DNA from: Nageia nagi
Taxonomy: Eukaryota > Plantae > Pinophyta
NCBI GenBank assembly: GCA_050084985.1
Contig: JBITNC010000001.1
Span: 190,836,001 to 190,900,000 of the forward strand
DNA length: 64,000 bases
Reading direction: 5' to 3'
Shown here: piece by piece, positions 59,100 through 64,000 of the stretch
Position numbering within the stretch: position 1 is the stretch's first letter
Layout: each line of letters starts with the position of its first letter
Notes under the pieces: generated by a model
What the model saw: the letters and a program-made list of their open reading frames with translations, nothing else
Database searches by the model: none
What the model was told of the DNA's origin: nothing
Translations under genes and position numbers: made by a program

Positions 59100-60500
59100 T
59101 TAGGGATCAAGAAGGCTAGGCGCAGGTTTTAGGAGTTTAGGCAAGTTTTGAAAAATGGAAAAAATGGGGAAGTCTTGCAAAACCAGCGCCAACCTTTAAG
59201 GGGGTCAAAAATTGGTTTTGAGCAAATTTGCAAGAGGCAAAGATGCTTACATTTGGATTTGCCACCCTACCTTTCTTTCCAATTATGATTTTGAGATTTT
59301 TTTGAAAATTTTGGAGCTCTCCCATTGGCTGATCCAAATTTTGTCATTTTGAGGGGTTAGATCCACTTTTTTCAAAAAACTTGAAACATGAAAAAGATGC
59401 AAAATTGGATTTCCTTTGCCTTAAGGATCAAATTTTTCAAATTTTGGGCAAAAAAGGGGGCTTGCATGCTAGGCGCTAGCTTTGAGGGTCTTGGCATGTT
59501 TTTGGAAAATTTAGAAAATGAGGGAAACATGCCAAAACTGGCGCCTAGCTTTTTGAGGAGGTAAATTTGTTTTTTTTGCAACATTGCAAGAGGCAATGTT
59601 GATCTCCTTGGAATTTTGCATCATATCTTTCTTTCCAATTTTGATTTGGAAAATTTTTAAAAAAATTTTCAAGCTCTCTCATTGGCTGATCTAAATTTTG
59701 CCATTTTGAGGGAGTAGATCCACTTTTTTCAAAAAACTTGAAACTTGAAAAAGATGCAAAATTGGATTTTCCATGCTTCTAGGATCAATTTTTTTGATTT
59801 TTGAGCAAAAAAGGAGGCTAAGCACTAGTTTTGAGAGTCTTGGCATGTTTTTTGGAATTTGGAAAATATGGGAAACATGCCAAAACTGCCGCCTAGGAAG
59901 AGGGGCAAAAATTGTTTTTTTTTTGCAAATTTTTAAGAGGCAATATTGGTCTTCTTCAAATTTGCTACCCTACCTCACTTTTATTATTTTATTTGGCCAA
60001 CTTTGAAAAATTTAGAAAAATTTTTGAGCTCTCTCATTGGCCAATCAAATTTTGATGATTTGAGGAGGTAGATCTCATTTTTTTGAAAAACTCAAATCAT
60101 CAATCTTAAGTGGAATCCCATCCTATACCCCTTGAAAGTCAAAATTTCCAATTTGTTTTCACTTTTGGGGCACACGTAGGGTAGGCGCAGGTTTTGAGGC
60201 ATTTGGGGTGTTTTGAAAAATGATGGAAAACACCCAAAACCAATGCCTAGCTCTAGGAGAGTCAAAATTTGCCCAATTTCAAAAATTCCAAGAGGAAAAG
60301 TGCTTAATTTTTGATTTGCCACCCTACGTCATCTTTAGATTTTGATTTTTGCAATTTTGAAACTTTCAAAATTTTGGAGCATTCCTATTGGCTGTCCTTT
60401 TACTCATTTTCCTGTTTTTTTTCACTTTTTCGTGGAGCAAAACTTGTCGAAATCGTGAACTTGAAAGACCACTTTGATGTAGAATCATGATCCCCACGAT
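59100..60500 (-). repeat. About four degenerate 355-bp A/T-tract-rich units, each with a CCAAT motif
   Basis: CATTGGCTG-type motifs at about 59323, 59680, 60035 and 60387. Three equivalents (CAGCCAAT) at about 33472, 33828 and 34192. Confidence 0.75.
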
Positions 60501-62277
60501 CGTGAGCTCAAAAATTGCCATTTTAGATCAATTTGGGTCTTCCAAAAGGTAGGCGTAGGTTTTGAAGAGAATAGGCCATTTTTCGAAATTAGACTAAGTG
60601 AGGGAAAACTTGCAAAACTCACCCCTAATTTTTCGAGGATCAAAACTCGAGTTTTTTTCGAAATTTCCAAAAGTAGAGTGGCCTTAATTCGTCATTTGAC
60701 ACCACACCTCTCTCTTGGATTTTCATTCCAAACACTTTGAAAAGACTCACTTTTCGGGCTCAACCTGAAGCTTTTCGGATGCCAAAACACCCATTTTTTG
60801 ATTTTATCCCTCAAGGGCGCTCAAACTTGCTTTCCTTGTTTATTTCGGGCTATATTGCACATTGCCGACCTTTCTCGTCTTTTACGGACCCAAACGGTGC
60901 ATTTTTGGCCATTTTTGGGCTCTAAGTATGCTTTTCGACCATTTTCGTCATTTCCGAGCTCGAACAGTGAAAAAATGAGCATTTTTGGTATTTTCAGTGT
61001 TTCGAGCTCAAAGTCTACATTTCAGGCCTTTCCGAACTCAAGATATGTAAAAACGACCTTTTCGAGCAATTTCAGGCATTTCCGAGCACTTTGAGGCCAA
61101 ACTTGCATTTTTGGTCATTTTCGAGCTTTTCAGGCCCAAATTGTGCAAAAACATGGTCTTTGGCTATAGATACCTTTTTCGGGTTCAATTTGTACAAAAA
61201 TGTGCATTTTTGTCATCTTAACTGTATCCATAACTCTCGGGCTCAAATTCGATGAAAAACACACCTTTGGTCGTATTCGCACCTTTGTTGCTCAAACTTT
61301 GCCAAAACACCACCTTTTCTGCCCTGGTGGCCATTCGCTCAAAACTCCTCTATTTGGTTGTTGGCGTGATCCACAACTCCATCTTGTGAGGTGTCGCTTG
61401 AAATCAGGCCCTAAATTGGCCACTGGCTAAGTTGAACTCTCTTCATGATTCCCGGGCATGCTTGTGCATTGTTTGATCATTTGGCCGTTTTGGGTCTCCA
61501 TACTTGGCCATAAGTTGATCATGCCCAGACAATGTTGCTGATTGCCGTTTGCAAAAAATGGGTCCCTAAAATGCTGCATCTTGGGGTGTGTTGTGCGGGC
61601 ACAACACCTTCCGTTTGAAAAGTAATTTGCTGACTTCTTGATTCCTTATCTTTCTTGAGCTTTTGTTCAAAATGAATTCTGGTTGTAATGTAATCTTCCC
61701 TTCTTCATCAAGTTTTGGCATCTTTGTTTGTGTTTGAATGTTTTCACCTATTACTTGTTTCAAACAAAAAACATTAAGTAAAGGATGAATTTTGAATATG
61801 TTGGTAGTTCATGTATTAGGTCACTTTTCAAATTCTGTTACATACTTTATATGGTCCATAGAACATTCATGCCAACTTTTGTTTGGCTTTTGTTTTCAAA
61901 GATGCATGTTTGTTGATTGAAGTTGATGAAATACCATACTACCTTCCTTGAAGCTTCTTTTTATTTTGTATTGGTCCACTTGTTATTTAATGTGGTTTTG
62001 AGCTTTTTTGAATATTGTACATGAGGAGGAAGAGAACCTTTTGTTGATATTGTAGCATATTGCCCACTTTTTGGAATGTAGGAGGCTTTTCCCATAAATT
62101 GGCTTGTAGCGGAACATCTTCGTTGTAAACTAGTATGATGTGTTGCTCCACCATTTTGCTAAGGAAAACCATTTGACCATTGTACTTGTTTATTGGATGC
62201 AAAACATTTGAAGTATGTTTCAAAACATTTGTTGACAATTTTTGTTTAGCCATCCAATTGTGAATGGTAAGCAAACC

Positions 62278-64000
62278 CATAGTTGAAAAACTTAGACTTG
62301 GAGAGTGCTCGACTTGGCAAATTTTAGAGAGTACTTATAAACTCGACAACCTCAAACATTTTATGAAAAAACATACTAAAATCTATTTAAATATGAAATT
62401 AGAGAGTTGCAAAGTCAATTTTCTATTAGATTTAAGTGAAATAAGTACGTTCATCGTTTGTGATCATCAATGACTATAAAAAACACAATAATGTAAAAAG
62501 TTAAGTACTTCTAAAATACTTTCTTCTCTCACTTCGACCTCATTTATGTCCTCACAATGGGTGGTGGATCCTCATCCTCAAAAAGGATTCATAATAATTG
62601 CAGTTGTTGCAGTTGATGGATCTTTTGCTACTTCCGTTTCAAATTGCTTGATTTCCTTGTCAGTGAACATGTGTTCCACATCTTCAACAACCCAATTTGC
62701 TAATGTATCCACACCATCAAGGTCAATGACATCACGTGACTTTGTGCCCTCCACGTGTTTGAGGTGAAAGCAAAGATTATTTTAGACGAACACATGGTCA
62801 TTGAGTCGCTATTGGCTCAATCCATTGCGTTTTTTAGTTTTTTAATATGAATGCTCTTAAACAATGACCAATTGCACTCACATCTAAATGTGCTACAAGG
62901 CCGACTCAATATGCGCATTTTCTATCATTTGAAGATTAAATGATTAAGCACCATTATCTTCCCACCATAAATTTGCAAAAAAGAAATGACATTTTAAAAA
63001 AATCTATTAAAAAACTCAATCTAGATTCTACATTATGTATATTCTAAAAGGACCCTAATTTTTTTGAATTTTGAAGTGTTACTCGGTCGTTACTTGGTGG
63101 TAAAGTTGTCCTCAAGTTTTTGCAAAGCATTGAAGGAAAACCACTCCCCTTATCTTTCTTGTAGGCTTGCATCTCTTTGAGCATTAGGTCTCTGATGTGA
63201 TCCTCAAGGATCATCCTCTCTATGCAAGTATAGAGGTCATCCATAATTTCCTCATTGGGTTCAAGATCATTAGTGTAAAAATCTTGGGGTTCAATTACTA
63301 AATTGTTGCATGTAAAGGTTGATGGGGTGGTTGGTTCCATCTCCGATTAATGATACACCAAATGGGATCCAATTTATGCCTATCTACATGATAAAAATGT
63401 TGGATAGCCTTATTCACCCTATCCATGGCCTCATAGAGATAGCCCATTGGCATCAAATCACAATCCACAATGTGTGGAACCTTGACCAAAGGTTTTATCA
63501 GCTAAAACTCATAAAAAAAATAAATTAATCAGAAATTGAAATTTAGGAATACAAAAATACAAAGTTACAAACTAAAAATTGAAAAAATATAGAAGAACAA
63601 AATTTAAATTTTAAATTACCTTCATGAACTCATGAACACCTTACAAAAAAAGTTGTCAAACACTATCTTGATGACCTTCTCTCCATCCTCCTTATGGCCA
63701 AAAGAAGACCCCATCCATCACTAACTCATAAACATCCTCTTAAGAGGAGCTTCGACATTTGAAAGGCTCTGTAATGCAATAAAATTAGAGGCAAATCGAG
63801 TGATACTTAGATGAATAATCTTCTTGCCACTTGTGTGCTCTCTCACCAAACAAAGCATCCAAGTGTGGTTGTAGATGAATTTCGTAATTGTTTTAGTTTC
63901 TTCAACCACACTGGTAATCCATGCGAGCTTGCCAATGTCCTTTAGCATAAGGTTGATGCAATGGGCTACACAAGGGCTTCAAAATAAATCGGGGGTACTT
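62278..64000 (-). mobile_element. Second hAT transposon, 3' half of a decayed transposase, same family as 26420-30029
   Basis: TIR-like [39 protein letters not shown] and an equivalent intron layout. Confidence 0.9.

Larger units (their letters stand above)
53441..61606 (-). mobile_element. Giant solo-LTR-like unit (8166 bp) carrying a long ORF
   Basis: Minus strand TGTTGTGCCCGCACAACACACCCC...GGAAAGAAAAACATCCCAACA. Perfect TSD CCTTC (53436-53440, 61607-61611). Removing it rejoins the chromodomain. Confidence 0.94.
53340..62277 (-). mobile_element. Chromovirus integrase + chromodomain remnant, split by the 8.2-kb unit and truncated by a hAT
   Basis: 61612-62277 minus: AYHSQLDG*TKIVNKCFETYFKCF, KIHPLLNVFCLKQVIG, LQPEFIL, KLLFKRK. 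The reading continues left of 53436 as DLVEED*T, matching a chromodomain KWKDL.EEDATW. Confidence 0.8.

Noticed and set aside
53441-61606. Autonomous DNA transposon or endogenous virus (Polinton, caulimovirid)
   Set aside because: Only 5-bp inverted ends. No DDE transposase, polB, RT, movement or capsid motifs recognised. A solo LTR fits better, though this is unproven without a parent element.

Overview
Eukaryotic plant DNA, most likely a large-genome gymnosperm/conifer (inferred from intron size and TE types). The window lies inside one host gene, a plant bifunctional pantothenate kinase 2 (PANK2: PanK domain fused to a DUF89/ARMT1-like phosphatase). It runs on the + strand as 8 short exons (9271-49339), with introns up to about 18 kb, one of them GC-AG. 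The introns are filled with nested TEs: two related non-autonomous Ty3/gypsy elements, LINEs, SINEs, hAT elements and MITEs, captured gene fragments (histone H3, PPR, BED finger) and seven TSD-flanked solo-LTR-like units. The most unusual content is a family of giant units (2.6-8.2 kb net), bounded by TGTTGTG...CCCAACA and flanked by 5-bp TSDs, with no gag, pol, PBS or PPT. Two of them (38542-44533, 53441-61606) carry a decayed but collinear gene of about 1,050-1,080 codons inside the unit, ending about 200 bp before the candidate LTR TATA box; three others lack it. One subfamily has an array of 48-bp palindromes upstream of the gene, with spacings (about 113,114,114,145,145,72 bp) conserved between diverged copies and close to whole helical turns. 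My working hypothesis is an LTR(U3)-encoded trans-acting protein with phased cis sites and ORF-less derivatives. All homology calls and identities are by eye and from recall; no searches were run.
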